Of a stretch of 64,000 nt of DNA, positions 36,999 through 47,274 are shown piece by piece (positions within the stretch are counted from its first letter, which is position 1; the number at the start of each line of letters is the position of its first letter). The stretch lies in contig OZ244937.1 of assembly GCA_965222075.1 (NCBI GenBank), positions 3,456,001 to 3,520,000 on the forward strand, in the 5' to 3' direction. This DNA comes from Candidatus Latescibacterota bacterium (GTDB lineage: Bacteria > Latescibacterota > UBA2968 > GCA-2709665). Position numbers and translations under genes: made by a program. A model generated the notes under the pieces. The model searched no databases, was not told the DNA's origin, and was given only the letters and a program-made list of their open reading frames with translations.

Positions 36999-38219
36999 AT
37001 GGAAATTCGGGAGGTTCGCGAATCGGAATTGCAGGAGATGATCGACCTGCTGTGCTTGGTGTTCCGGCCGGCCGGGCAGGAGCGGTATAGGCAGTATATC
37101 CGGGGGGATTCGAGTTACAGGCTGGATCAGACCCGCGTTGTGGCCGCTGACGGGCGGATCGTTTCGACGCTGCGCGTCTGGGACCGCAGGATGCGGGTCG
37201 GCGCGTGTGTCGTGCGGATGGGGGGGATCGGGGGGGTGGGCACGCATCCCGATTATCGAGGCAGAGGATATGCCACGGCGTTGATGCGGGATGCGGTCGA
37301 CTACATGGAGGCCGCAGGTTACGATGTGGGCCTGCTGTTTTCGGAGATTCCGTGCGCGTTTTACCGCAGGCTGGGGTGGGCGAGTCTGCCGCTGGCAGGG
37401 TTTCGGGTGAAGCGAAGGGGAAGCATCGAGTTGGGGGATACGGACTGGGAGGTTGAGGCGTTCGACGAGGGACGGGACTTAGAGCAGGTGGCTGCGCTTT
37501 ACGATGCGTACAACGCAGGCCAGAGCGGGCCAATTGTGCGACCGAGGGCCCACTGGGATACGGCGCCCGCGCGGATACGGGGCATCCTGCCCACGGTGGT
37601 CGCCCGCCGTGGACATACACTGGGCGGATATCTCAATTTTCACGTCGGGGGAAAGGCTGCGACGGTGCTCGAGGTGGCGTATGGTCGAGACGACCCGACC
37701 GCCTTGACGGCGCTGGTCGGCCACCTGCTCCGGGTGTGTGAAGAGAAAGGAGTTGAGGAGGTATGCGGCGAGATTCCGCACCGGCATCCACTGGTTGATC
37801 TGGTTGTGGAGGGCAACGCAGGGGATCTGAGCCTGACCGGGAGTACGTCAACGATGCTCTATGCCGTGAATCTCCCCGCGCTGCTGCGGCGGGTGCTGCC
37901 CGACCTGCAATCCCGGCTGGATGCATCCGATCAGAGGTTCGGTCCGCTGTCGGTCTGCTTTGAGGTTAACGATCAACAGAGCGTGCTGAGGCTGCGCGAT
38001 TCGGGGGCGCTTGAGGTGGGTGACACGGATCCGGGTGCGGAGTGGGTGAGGATGCCGGGGGCGTTCTTCTGGCGGGCGCTGCTGGGTGAATCGAGCTGGG
38101 GGCAGCTTGAGCCGGTTTTGCAAGCACGGGGGATTTCAGCGGGACCGGAGATTTCCGGTTTGTTGAGCGTCCTGTTTCCGCACCAGGAGGTGATTCTCTG
38201 GGGGCCGGATCACTTCTGA
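36999..38219 (+). CDS. Eis-like tandem GNAT acetyltransferase
   Basis: GGIGGVGTHPDYRGRGYAT, FYRRLGW. Confidence 0.85.
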   Translation: MEIREVRESELQEMIDLLCLVFRPAGQERYRQYIRGDSSYRLDQTRVVAADGRIVSTLRVWDRRMRVGACVVRMGGIGGVGTHPDYRGRGYATALMRDAVDYMEAAGYDVGLLFSEIPCAFYRRLGWASLPLAGFRVKRRGSIELGDTDWEVEAFDEGRDLEQVAALYDAYNAGQSGPIVRPRAHWDTAPARIRGILPTVVARRGHTLGGYLNFHVGGKAATVLEVAYGRDDPTALTALVGHLLRVCEEKGVEEVCGEIPHRHPLVDLVVEGNAGDLSLTGSTSTMLYAVNLPALLRRVLPDLQSRLDASDQRFGPLSVCFEVNDQQSVLRLRDSGALEVGDTDPGAEWVRMPGAFFWRALLGESSWGQLEPVLQARGISAGPEISGLLSVLFPHQEVILWGPDHF

Positions 38220-38326
38220 GGTGAACATACCAGACAGGAGCGCTGCGTTGTACTGCTCTCACTTGATTTCCAGGTCCGGCCCGTTGAAGCAGAGGCCGTT
38301 GTTTTTCATGTTTGGCCCTGGATGGG

Positions 38327-39640
38327 TCAGTCTGCTTTTTTTCCGATACAGTAGAGGTGGGTCGCGGTCCGGATAAAGAGCCAGGACCCGGAAACCGCAA
38401 GGGACGACAGGGTATAGGTGCCGTCCAGTTCGTTCGTAGCCAGGAGCTTGAACTCCGGCCCGGCCGCCAGTACCGTAGAGACGGCCATTTCGTTGAGGAT
38501 GTAGAGCTTCCCGTCGGCCAGCACCGGGGAGGAACTCACAATGCCCTGGGCGGTGCGCTCCGGCCCCCAGATCACCTCGCCGCTTTTGGCATCCAGACAG
38601 GTCGCCCGCCCCCTGTCGTCCACCATGTAGAAGTAGCTGCCGTCACACACAGGCGTGGGCACGTCCGGCGCGCCCGCCCCGGTCCATCTCCAGACAATGT
38701 TGTCTGTGACATCGCCCACGCCTCCGGCGCGCAGGGCCAGCAGGGGCCGCTTGCGCGTAGGGGCATAGATCATGTCGTTTACCACCAGCGGCGAGGCGAC
38801 GACCCGGTAATTGCGCCGCTTCTCGGGGTTCAACCCGCCCGCCCGCCAGAGTTCTTTCCCGGTCTCAGGATCGTGTCCGGTGACGTAATCCCCGCCCGAA
38901 ATCACAACCTGGGTCACCTTGCCCTGTGTGAGCACGGCAGGCGTGGTGTAAGCATCGGGCGATTCCGCCCACGCGTCCGTGGGCCGTTCCCGGCGCCAGA
39001 GTTCCTTGCCGGTCATTGTGTCGAAGGCGACAATGTACGAAGGGTCGTCCGTGCGAAACCCATGGAGCACCTCGAGAATCAGCTTTCCGTCGTAAAGAAG
39101 CGGAGAAGAGGCATAGCCAAAGTTGAGACCAAAGTCGCCGTAGTCCTTCTGAAGATTACGCTTCCAGAGGACCTTCCCATCCATGTCCAGGGCCGTTACC
39201 TGGCCCGTGCCGGTCACGACCCAGACGTGCTTCCCGTCGGTAACGGGAGAAGGCGACGTATTGTTCTGCTTTCGATAAAGCCAGTTGCCTTCGTGGAGTT
39301 TGTGCCTCCAGAGTTCCTTGCCGTTCACCCTGGAAATGCAGAGCAGGAGCAGCTCTTTGCCGCCCGGCTCCTTTTCCTCCTCGGACGCCGCCGGCGAGGG
39401 GGATGTCACGAAGATCCGATCTCCCCAGATGATCGGAGTGCTCGCGCTCCAGGAGGGCAGTGCGGTCTTCCACACGATATTCTTTGTCAGGCTCCAGGTG
39501 GTGGGCAGCTCCGTGGCAGCGGAAACCCCGTTCTGATCGGGTCCGCGCCACTGCGGCCAGTTGTCCTGTGCATGGACTTTGTAAACAGGAGCGAGCAGCG
39601 CAGCGAGCAACAATACAACACAAACACGTTTTCGGATCAC
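38327..39640 (-). CDS. PQQ-like/BamB-type beta-propeller protein with signal peptide
   Basis: DNWPQWRGP, SSP repeats, TGKELW. Confidence 0.88.
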   Translation of the reverse strand: MIRKRVCVVLLLAALLAPVYKVHAQDNWPQWRGPDQNGVSAATELPTTWSLTKNIVWKTALPSWSASTPIIWGDRIFVTSPSPAASEEEKEPGGKELLLLCISRVNGKELWRHKLHEGNWLYRKQNNTSPSPVTDGKHVWVVTGTGQVTALDMDGKVLWKRNLQKDYGDFGLNFGYASSPLLYDGKLILEVLHGFRTDDPSYIVAFDTMTGKELWRRERPTDAWAESPDAYTTPAVLTQGKVTQVVISGGDYVTGHDPETGKELWRAGGLNPEKRRNYRVVASPLVVNDMIYAPTRKRPLLALRAGGVGDVTDNIVWRWTGAGAPDVPTPVCDGSYFYMVDDRGRATCLDAKSGEVIWGPERTAQGIVSSSPVLADGKLYILNEMAVSTVLAAGPEFKLLATNELDGTYTLSSLAVSGSWLFIRTATHLYCIGKKAD

Positions 39641-39732
39641 GGGATGGCTCCCTTATGGAAATGCAGGTTTTTCTGCTTGATTTATCAATACCGCTTCTGA
39701 ATGTCAAACTGCTCCCTGGAAAGTCCTCTGTC

Positions 39733-40377
39733 CTATCGGCTGGCCCAGAGCATGCCCCGTCTCTGGATCTCCTTTGCCTGGGGCACGTCGAAGTCTTTTG
39801 CCACGTGGCCCAGGGAGGAGTAGAATACCCGGCCCTCTCCCCACATTCGTTTCCATACGATGGGCATGACGCAGCCGTTGACCCAGGGCGCGACATCGGT
39901 CTGGAAAGTTGTGGTGGCCAGGACTTCGTTGGAGGGATCGACGTGCATGTAGTACTGCTCCGAATGCATGTTGAAGGTTTCGATTCCCTGTGTGATGGGG
40001 TCATCATGATCGAGGATATTGACTTCGTAGTCCACGATGCCGCCCGGATGGGCCACCCACTGGCCGCCGACCATCCACTGGTAGGTTGTGTTGTTGCGGA
40101 ACGCATCGGCCATGCCGCCGTGCCACCCGGCAACGCCCACACCGCTTTTGACCGCGTCCAGCAGGCCCTGCTCCTGCTCCTTTTCGATGGTTCCCATCGT
40201 CCAGATCGGGACAATCAGGCTGAGCGCATGCATCCTGTCCCGGTCTAAGTAGGCATCTAAGGTGTCCGACAGGTCTATGTCGAACCCGCCGTCTGCGAGG
40301 AGGGGGGCAAAGATGTCGACGCACTGCCCGGGTTCGTGACCTTCCCATCCGCCGTAGACGATCAGTGCTTTTTTCAT
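39733..40377 (-). CDS. ThuA-domain protein
   Basis: [40 protein letters not shown]. Confidence 0.9.
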   Translation of the reverse strand: MKKALIVYGGWEGHEPGQCVDIFAPLLADGGFDIDLSDTLDAYLDRDRMHALSLIVPIWTMGTIEKEQEQGLLDAVKSGVGVAGWHGGMADAFRNNTTYQWMVGGQWVAHPGGIVDYEVNILDHDDPITQGIETFNMHSEQYYMHVDPSNEVLATTTFQTDVAPWVNGCVMPIVWKRMWGEGRVFYSSLGHVAKDFDVPQAKEIQRRGMLWASR

Positions 40378-40389
40378 TTCTCGCCTCCA

Positions 40390-40548
40390 GAACGAGTTAT
40401 TGATCCAGTGACCCCCATCGGCAGCGGAGTCGGTACTGGGACAGGTGCTCTTGATCTCAACGTGCCGCCCAGTTGTTGACGCCTCTTCAAACGCGCACAT
40501 CACATCCAGGACGTGGAAGGCCAGGCCCCCGCTGTCCCGGGGTCCGCA
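40390..40548 (-). pseudogene. C-terminal remnant of a Gfo/Idh/MocA oxidoreductase
   Basis: [31 protein letters not shown]; such genes commonly precede ThuA genes. Confidence 0.6.
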
Positions 40549-40550
40549 CA

Positions 40551-40579
40551 AATGTAAGGCGTCCGCACCGGGCTGTCAA
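40551..40579 (-). promoter_or_regulatory. Putative sigma70 promoter toward the ThuA gene
   Basis: TTGACA-N17-TACATT on the minus strand. Confidence 0.55.
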
Positions 40580-40639
40580 GGCGATACAGAAGGCTTGCGC
40601 TGCAAGATCCCGGCGGTGGTCGGCCTCGTAAAATTTGGG

Positions 40640-40668
40640 TTGACAGGTGGAGTTTTACTTTGTAGGGT
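40640..40668 (+). promoter_or_regulatory. Putative sigma70 promoter, divergent
   Basis: TTGACA-N17-TAGGGT. Confidence 0.45.
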
Positions 40669-40966
40669 TCAGTTTGGATAAGGAAAAGGCGTCTATGCTG
40701 TTCAAAGAGGCGCTGGAGCAGGTGCTCAACCGCCTGTGGGTGGTGCTGCCGGCAGATCGGGAGCCGAAACCGCCGCGGTGGACGTTCTGGGCGCGGGGGA
40801 GGGCGCAGTAGGGTCTTGTTGGGATATGGAGACAGGTTCTGTATTTCCGGTCATCGGGCGCGTGAATGAATATCGCCTGATGCAAAAGAAATATGACCGT
40901 GGCGTCAGTATAAGACAAGGGGATGTCCATAGCGCATCTTCACATCCGGGTGGAAAGAGGCAATCC

Positions 40967-42238
40967 ATGATTCAGGCGGGATTTGGTCAAAACGTGATCA
41001 CGCCGGAGGTCGGGGCGGAGATGCCCGGGCAGATTCAGAAACAGATCTCCCAGGGCGTCCACGACGATCTCCTGGCAAATGCGATGGTGCTGGACGACGG
41101 CACCACGCAGCTTGTTCTGGCGGGGATCGATGCGTTATCCATCAAACGTTCGACCGTGCTGGAGGCGCGGAAACAGATCGAAGCCGCAACGGGAATTCCC
41201 GCCGGGCATGTACTTATCTCGGCAAGCCACACCCACCACGGCGGTCCCACCGCAGACGTTTTTATGAGCGAATCAGATCCGGCCTACTGCGATTGGGTTG
41301 CCGAACAGGTCGCGCAGGCGGCGGTTGAGGCATACGAGAAACGTGACGAAGTCAGGTTGATTGTGGGAGCAGGGCAGGAGGGCAGCGTGGCGTTTAACCG
41401 GCGGTTTCGTATGAAGGACGGAAAGGAGCAGACCCATCCGGGCAAGGGCAACCCGGATATTGTCCGGGTCGCAGGTCCCATCGACCCGATGGTTGGCGTT
41501 ATCGGGGCGGTTACCAAGACCTGCACATTTCTCGGGTGCTGGGTTAACTACTGCTGCCATGCCACGCTCGGGGTTGGCGGGAACGGTTTTTCGGCCGATT
41601 ATATTTACTATCTCAGGCAGACGGTTCGGCGCGCGATGGGGGTCAATGATGCAATTGTGGTTTTCGCAAACGGCGCATCGGCCGATGTGACGCAGGTTGA
41701 CAACCTCAGAGATCGGGGGCGCGAGTCCGGAGAGCACTGGGGGTGGCACGTGGGCGCCACCGTGGGCGCAGAAGCGGTCAAGGTGCTGGCACGAATGAAT
41801 TATACAGATGAGGCCCCTCTGAGGTGTGCGAACGAGGTGCTCACATTGCCTTTTCGGGACCTGGGCGATGCGCCGTCCGGGCAGGCCCAGGGATGGGGCA
41901 AGCAGGAGGCCTGGGAGCGAGAATTCGAATTGCTCAAGGAGATCAAGAAGGTTGAACCAGACGTTACGGCGGAAATCCAGATGATGCGGATTGGGCGGGC
42001 GGGGCTGGTTGCGGTGCCTGCGGAGTATTTCTGTTATTACGGGTTGGAGATCAAAGCCAATTCTCCTTTCACTCCCACATTCGCTGTCTCACTGGCCAAC
42101 GGCTGTGTGGGATATGTTCCAACGCCACAGGCATTTATTGGGGGCGGCTATGAGCCTCATACGGCCCGGTCGAGTAAATTGTGTCCCGATGCGGGAGATC
42201 GGATCGCAGAAGCAGCAATCCGGCTGCTCAATTTATAG
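40967..42238 (+). CDS. Neutral-ceramidase-like hydrolase
   Basis: ITP..GVHDDL, SASHTHHGGP, FNRR, NYCCH, ANGCVGYVPT..GGYE. Confidence 0.8.
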   Translation: MIQAGFGQNVITPEVGAEMPGQIQKQISQGVHDDLLANAMVLDDGTTQLVLAGIDALSIKRSTVLEARKQIEAATGIPAGHVLISASHTHHGGPTADVFMSESDPAYCDWVAEQVAQAAVEAYEKRDEVRLIVGAGQEGSVAFNRRFRMKDGKEQTHPGKGNPDIVRVAGPIDPMVGVIGAVTKTCTFLGCWVNYCCHATLGVGGNGFSADYIYYLRQTVRRAMGVNDAIVVFANGASADVTQVDNLRDRGRESGEHWGWHVGATVGAEAVKVLARMNYTDEAPLRCANEVLTLPFRDLGDAPSGQAQGWGKQEAWEREFELLKEIKKVEPDVTAEIQMMRIGRAGLVAVPAEYFCYYGLEIKANSPFTPTFAVSLANGCVGYVPTPQAFIGGGYEPHTARSSKLCPDAGDRIAEAAIRLLNL

Positions 42239-42290
42239 ACGACAGCTGAGGTGTCGGACTGTGTGAGGGGTAAAAAGGAGGAGCGTTCCA

Positions 42291-44486
42291 ATGGCCAATC
42301 CAGTTGGAGTCGGTGGACTGCAAGTCGATGAGCGGTTGTATCGGCTGGTGAAAGACGAAATTGCGTCCGACACGGGCGTAGATGCGGACGCCTTCTGGAT
42401 GTCGCTGGGCAGGATCGTGGAAGACCTGGGGCCCAGGAACCGGGAACTGCTGGAAAAACGGGATGCCCTGCAGCAGGAGATCGACGCGTGGCACCTGGCC
42501 CGAAAAGGACAGCCGGTTGACCGGGAAGCATACCGGACATTTCTGGCAGAGATCGGTTACCTGGTTCCCGAAGGCGATCACTTTCAGGCGTTGACGGCGA
42601 ATGTGGACCCCGAAATCGCGGACGTATCCGGCCCGCAGCTGGTGGTACCGGTGGACAATGCCCGGTATGCGCTGAACGCCGCCAATGCCCGCTGGGGGAG
42701 CCTGTACGATGCGCTGTACGGTACGGATGTGATCCCCGAAGAAGAGGGGCCCCAGAAAGGTGAGGCCTATAATCCCGTACGCGGCGCAAAGGTTATCGCA
42801 CGGGCCGAGGCGTTCTTAAATGAGGTGGTGGGCCTGGAGCAGGGCACATTCCCGGATGTCACGCAGTTCTCGCTGGGGGATGTTGACGGGACAAAACATC
42901 TGGTTGCAAGGCTCAAGGATGGGAGCGAAGCGGGCCTGGCGGACCCCGGCAAATTTGCGGGGTATGCTGAGACGAGGGGGCGTCTCAGCAGTATTTTGCT
43001 GAAGAACAACGGACTGCACATCGAAATCCGGATCGATCGGGACCACCCCGTGGGTAACGCCCACCCGGCGGGGGTGAAGGACGTGCTGCTGGAAGCCGCC
43101 ATCACGACCATTCAGGACTGCGAAGATTCCGTTGCTGCTGTGGACGCCGCCGACAAGACCAGGGTCTACAGCAACTGGAACGGCATGATGAAGGGCACGC
43201 TTGAGGCAACGTTTGAAAAGAACGGCCGGCAGGTGACGCGAAGGCTGAATCCGGATAAGACGTTTGTTGCTCCAGGTGGAGAGCGGTTCATACTGCCGGG
43301 CAGGAGCTTGCTGCTCATCCGCAACGTAGGCATCCACATGTATACCGATTGCGTGACCACCGCAGAGGGGGAGGAAATCCCGGAAGGGTTCCTCGACGCC
43401 ATGGTCACCACGCTGGCTGCGATCCACGATCTCAAGGGGGGCAGGGAATACACCAACAGCAAAACGGGCAGTATCTACATCGTCAAACCCAAGCTCCACG
43501 GCCCGGAGGAAGTGGCGGCTACGGTGGAGTTGTTCGACAGGGTGGAGCAGGCCCTGGGGCTTGAACGGAATACCCTCAAGATCGGCATTATGGACGAAGA
43601 GCGCCGCACTACGGTGAACCTGAAGGAAGCCATAGGGATGACAAAAGAGCGCGTGGTTTTTATCAATACGGGCTTCCTGGACCGGACAGGCGATGAGATT
43701 CACACCAGCATGGAAGGGGGCCCCATGCTGCCCAAGATGGAGATCAGAAATCAGCCGTGGCTTTCGGCCTATGAAGACTGGAATGTGGATATCGGCATTG
43801 AGACGGGACTGACTGGCAGGGCACAGACCGGCAAGGGGATGTGGACCATGCCCGATGCGATGCGGGAGATGGTCGAAACGAAGATTGCCCATCCATTGGC
43901 GGGTGCCACGACGGCCTGGGTGCCCTCGCCGGCGGCTGCCACGCTCCATGCCATGCATTATCATCAGGTGGATGTGGCGAAGCGGCAGGCAGAGCTTGCC
44001 GGCAGGGGCCGCGCCAGCCTGGACGATATTCTGACGCCTCCGATGCTGGACCGGGAATTGACACCGGAGGAAATTCAACAGGAACTGGACAACAACGCCC
44101 AAGGCATCCTGGGATATGTTGTGCGCTGGGTTGACCAGGGGGTTGGCTGTTCAAAAGTCCCGGATATTCACGATGTCGGGTTGATGGAGGACAGAGCAAC
44201 GCTGCGGATCTCAAGCCAGCATATCGCCAACTGGCTGCACCACGGGATTGTGACCGAGCAGCAGGTCGGTGAGACGTTTGAAAAGATGGCAGAGGTGGTA
44301 GACGGGCAGAACAGCGGCGATCCCAACTATCGCAATATGGCGCCCGAGTTTGACAGGAGTATTGCGTTTCAGGCGGCGCTGGATCTGGTCTTCAGGGGAA
44401 GAGAGGTAGCCAACGGGTACACCGAACCCGTGCTCCACGCCCGCAGAAGAGAGGTCAAGGCGGCTATCATGCATATTCTTTTCTGA
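42291..44486 (+). CDS. glcB: Malate synthase G
   Basis: [60 protein letters not shown]. Confidence 0.97.
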   Translation: MANPVGVGGLQVDERLYRLVKDEIASDTGVDADAFWMSLGRIVEDLGPRNRELLEKRDALQQEIDAWHLARKGQPVDREAYRTFLAEIGYLVPEGDHFQALTANVDPEIADVSGPQLVVPVDNARYALNAANARWGSLYDALYGTDVIPEEEGPQKGEAYNPVRGAKVIARAEAFLNEVVGLEQGTFPDVTQFSLGDVDGTKHLVARLKDGSEAGLADPGKFAGYAETRGRLSSILLKNNGLHIEIRIDRDHPVGNAHPAGVKDVLLEAAITTIQDCEDSVAAVDAADKTRVYSNWNGMMKGTLEATFEKNGRQVTRRLNPDKTFVAPGGERFILPGRSLLLIRNVGIHMYTDCVTTAEGEEIPEGFLDAMVTTLAAIHDLKGGREYTNSKTGSIYIVKPKLHGPEEVAATVELFDRVEQALGLERNTLKIGIMDEERRTTVNLKEAIGMTKERVVFINTGFLDRTGDEIHTSMEGGPMLPKMEIRNQPWLSAYEDWNVDIGIETGLTGRAQTGKGMWTMPDAMREMVETKIAHPLAGATTAWVPSPAAATLHAMHYHQVDVAKRQAELAGRGRASLDDILTPPMLDRELTPEEIQQELDNNAQGILGYVVRWVDQGVGCSKVPDIHDVGLMEDRATLRISSQHIANWLHHGIVTEQQVGETFEKMAEVVDGQNSGDPNYRNMAPEFDRSIAFQAALDLVFRGREVANGYTEPVLHARRREVKAAIMHILF

Positions 44487-44499
44487 CGATGGGGGGAGA

Positions 44500-45486
44500 A
44501 TGACTCCTTCATTTATTTTTCTATTTCCGGGACAGGGGTCCCAATATGTGAGGATGGGTTTGGAATTATGCCAGACCTATCCGCAGGCGAAAGCGATTTT
44601 TGAGCGGGCCGATGAGCTGCTGGGTAGGAAGATTTCTTCCTTGATCTTTGAGGGGCCAGAAGAGGAACTGACCCGTACAGACAACCTTCAGCCTGCCGTA
44701 ACCATTGTGAATGTTGCCTGTCTTACTTTGCTCCAGGAGTACGATTGTCGCCCCGTGGCAGTAGCCGGTCACAGCCTGGGAGAATATACGGCACACTACG
44801 CTGCCGGTGTATTCGACTTTTCGGCGTTGTTGAGGTTGGTCCAGGCCCGTGGCTCGCTGATGCAGGAGGCTGCAGAAGCGCATCCAGGCAGTATGCTTGT
44901 TGTTATTGGCCTTGACCAGGAGAGCCTTTTTCAGATCACGGAAGAGGCATCTGCTTACGGTACCATCTGCATTGCCAACTACAATACCCCCGAACAGATG
45001 GTCCTCTCAGGCGCGTCTTCCGCCCTTGAGAGGGCAAGCGACGCGGCCAAATCGGCCGGTGCGAAGCGTACCTTGATGCTCCAGGTCAGCGGCGCCTGGC
45101 ACAGTCCGCTGATGGGCTCGATCACGGAAAAATTCGAGGCGGAACTTGCGCAGGTCACATTTCGAGACGCCCATACCCAAGTCTACTGCAACGTTACTGC
45201 AAAACCCGAAAGGGATGCGTCGAAAATTCGACAGCTTCTGGGCCAGCAGATCTGTTCTCCTGTTCGATGGTCTGAAACGATGCTGCAGATGACGGAGCGT
45301 TATCCTGATGCCGTATTTACAGAGGTAGGACCGGGCCGTGTGTTGAAGGGCATAATGCTGGTTATGGATCGCAGGCGAAAGGTGTACAATATCGAAAATC
45401 CCGGATCGCTGGAGACCTGGGCAAATACCTTAAAGAAAACTCAGCCCTCGCCCCGGCCCGACCTTGACAAACAAAAAAGGATTTGA
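44500..45486 (+). CDS. fabD: Malonyl-CoA:ACP transacylase
   Basis: FPGQGSQ, GHSLGEY, VSGAWHS, EVGPG. Confidence 0.95.
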   Translation: MTPSFIFLFPGQGSQYVRMGLELCQTYPQAKAIFERADELLGRKISSLIFEGPEEELTRTDNLQPAVTIVNVACLTLLQEYDCRPVAVAGHSLGEYTAHYAAGVFDFSALLRLVQARGSLMQEAAEAHPGSMLVVIGLDQESLFQITEEASAYGTICIANYNTPEQMVLSGASSALERASDAAKSAGAKRTLMLQVSGAWHSPLMGSITEKFEAELAQVTFRDAHTQVYCNVTAKPERDASKIRQLLGQQICSPVRWSETMLQMTERYPDAVFTEVGPGRVLKGIMLVMDRRRKVYNIENPGSLETWANTLKKTQPSPRPDLDKQKRI

Positions 45487-45492
45487 TATATT
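45464..45492 (+). promoter_or_regulatory. sigma70 promoter for tRNA-Leu
   Basis: TTGACA-N17-TATATT. Confidence 0.7.
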
Positions 45493-45531
45493 AGCCTTGC
45501 CCGGACGTTCAGACCACACAGGATTTAACGT

Positions 45532-45619
45532 GCCGAAGTGGTGGAACTGGTAGACGCGCGGCGTTCAGGGCGCCGTGAGCCTTGCGCTCGTGTGGGTTCG
45601 AATCCCACCTTCGGCACCA
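45532..45619 (+). tRNA. tRNA-Leu(CAG)
   Basis: GCCGAAG/CTTCGGC acceptor, anticodon arm CGGCG-TTCAGGG-CGCCG, long variable arm, GGTTCGAATCC, ACCA. Confidence 0.96.
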
Positions 45620-45628
45620 GGGAAAACA

Positions 45629-45655
45629 AGGGGTTACGCTCATAGTGTAACCCCT
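45629..45655. terminator. Hairpin between convergent tRNA and transporter genes
   Basis: AGGGGTTAC..GTAACCCCT. Confidence 0.65.
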
Positions 45656-45760
45656 ATTCTTCTACCCCAAAGCGGCCTGAAACACGTGCAGGTTCAACGC
45701 CTCCAGCTCGTGCTCTCGCACCAGCCGCCCCAGAACACCCTCCGGTCCCCGGCCTCCGCA

Positions 45761-47182
45761 TTACATCCGACCAAACTCCCAGATCACGCATGCCACCGCA
45801 AATGTGATGTAAACCAGAGAACCAATCACCATCATCACCGTACACACCCCGCCCGGCCTGGCGACTTTAGGGAGGTACCGGTGGTTGATATAAAGCGTCA
45901 ACGGCACGTAGAGCGCCATCGCAAACCCCCCGATATAGGCTGCGTTAAACAGAAACCCCAGTTCGCTCACACCCCTCTGCTCCATCACATAAGTAATCAC
46001 GCAGCCCGCCACAATCCAGACCGCCGCCACCAGCAGATACCACCAGCTCTGGTCCCGTTTCCGGGCCCCCTTGAAATTGGTGTACACAATATCGGCAATC
46101 GACCGCGACACCCCGTCCACCAGCGCAAGCTGCGTGCCGAACAGCGTGGCCAGGCCCACCAGCAGAAAAATATAACGCCCCGGCTCGCCCCATACCTCGG
46201 CCAGCACCTGCGCCTCGTCCCAGATCAGCGTGCCTTTGGCGGGCACAATGCCCTTGGGATGCAGCACGGCCAGCGCCCCCAGAATAAAAAGCAGGATGGT
46301 TACCGAATTCAAAATCCAGAAAAACAGAATCTGATCCTTCTTCACATAGTCCCACCACCCCATAAAACGCCGGGTATTCTCCCCGGTCTCCTCAAACCGG
46401 AATCCGGTCGAGGGAATCGCCTCGGTCCGCCCCCGCAGCGGGTTCAGCATCGTGGGCAGGTGCACGCCCATCCCGATATGTTTGTCGCGCAGGTAGAAGG
46501 TATAAAACAAATTGGCTGTACCGCCCGCCCCGGCGAACACAATCGCAATAAACATTGCCTTCACGCTCATCCCGGGATCTATATACCCCACATTCACCAT
46601 GCCCTTGCCCAGCACTGCCCAGGTCTCCGTGGAGCCAACCGCAAAAGCCACGATAATCAGGCCAACCGTCACAATCACCACCAGCAGCTCAACCGTCCGC
46701 TCCACCGACTGGTAAATCAGCTTCGGGCCAAAAAGAATCAGGGCCACACCCGCAAACGTGATCACCGTCCACGCCGTGTCCGATCCCCACCCCCCCGGCC
46801 CCACCAGCAGCGCCTTCAGCGCAAGCCCCGACGCCCGTCCCCAGCCCGGCGCAATCCAGCTAAACAGCGTCAGCAGAATAAAAACAGGGGCGAAACCGCG
46901 CCACACCCTGCAGTACCCGGTATAAACCGTCTCGCCCGTTGCAACCGTCCAGCGCCCCACCTCAAAATTGATCCAGAGCTGCAGAAAAATGCCCAGCCCG
47001 GCCGCCCACACCATACTCGCCCCGAACTCCGCCACAATCCGCGGCCACACAATAATCTCTCCCGCCCCAATCGAAAGCCCCACCAGAACCGCCCCCGGCC
47101 CGGCCATCTTCCAGAACGGCAGCTTCCGCTCGGGCAGATCCTGGACTTTAAAGTCGTCCAGCGGTTCGTACAGGTCGGCCAT
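45761..47182 (-). CDS. Nramp-superfamily membrane transporter
   Basis: AGPGAVLVGLSIGAGEIIVWP, GRWTVATGE; about 11 TM segments. Confidence 0.8.
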   Translation of the reverse strand: MADLYEPLDDFKVQDLPERKLPFWKMAGPGAVLVGLSIGAGEIIVWPRIVAEFGASMVWAAGLGIFLQLWINFEVGRWTVATGETVYTGYCRVWRGFAPVFILLTLFSWIAPGWGRASGLALKALLVGPGGWGSDTAWTVITFAGVALILFGPKLIYQSVERTVELLVVIVTVGLIIVAFAVGSTETWAVLGKGMVNVGYIDPGMSVKAMFIAIVFAGAGGTANLFYTFYLRDKHIGMGVHLPTMLNPLRGRTEAIPSTGFRFEETGENTRRFMGWWDYVKKDQILFFWILNSVTILLFILGALAVLHPKGIVPAKGTLIWDEAQVLAEVWGEPGRYIFLLVGLATLFGTQLALVDGVSRSIADIVYTNFKGARKRDQSWWYLLVAAVWIVAGCVITYVMEQRGVSELGFLFNAAYIGGFAMALYVPLTLYINHRYLPKVARPGGVCTVMMVIGSLVYITFAVACVIWEFGRM

Positions 47183-47198
47183 AGAGTCCCCCCTCTCT

Positions 47199-47259
47199 AA
47201 TTGCGGATTGGGGATTAGAGATTTCGGAATAAAAGCCTTTCAATCCGCATTCCGCAATT
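47199..47259. repeat. Inverted arrays of a 7-bp AATCCGC-type repeat
   Basis: AATTGCGGATTGGGGATT...AATCCGCATTCCGCAATT. Confidence 0.75.
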
Positions 47260-47274
47260 CCATTGTCCGCTCCT

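Noticed and set aside
40696-40812. 38-aa ORF behind the plus-strand promoter
   Set aside because: Has an RBS-like sequence but no recognisable family; cannot support a call
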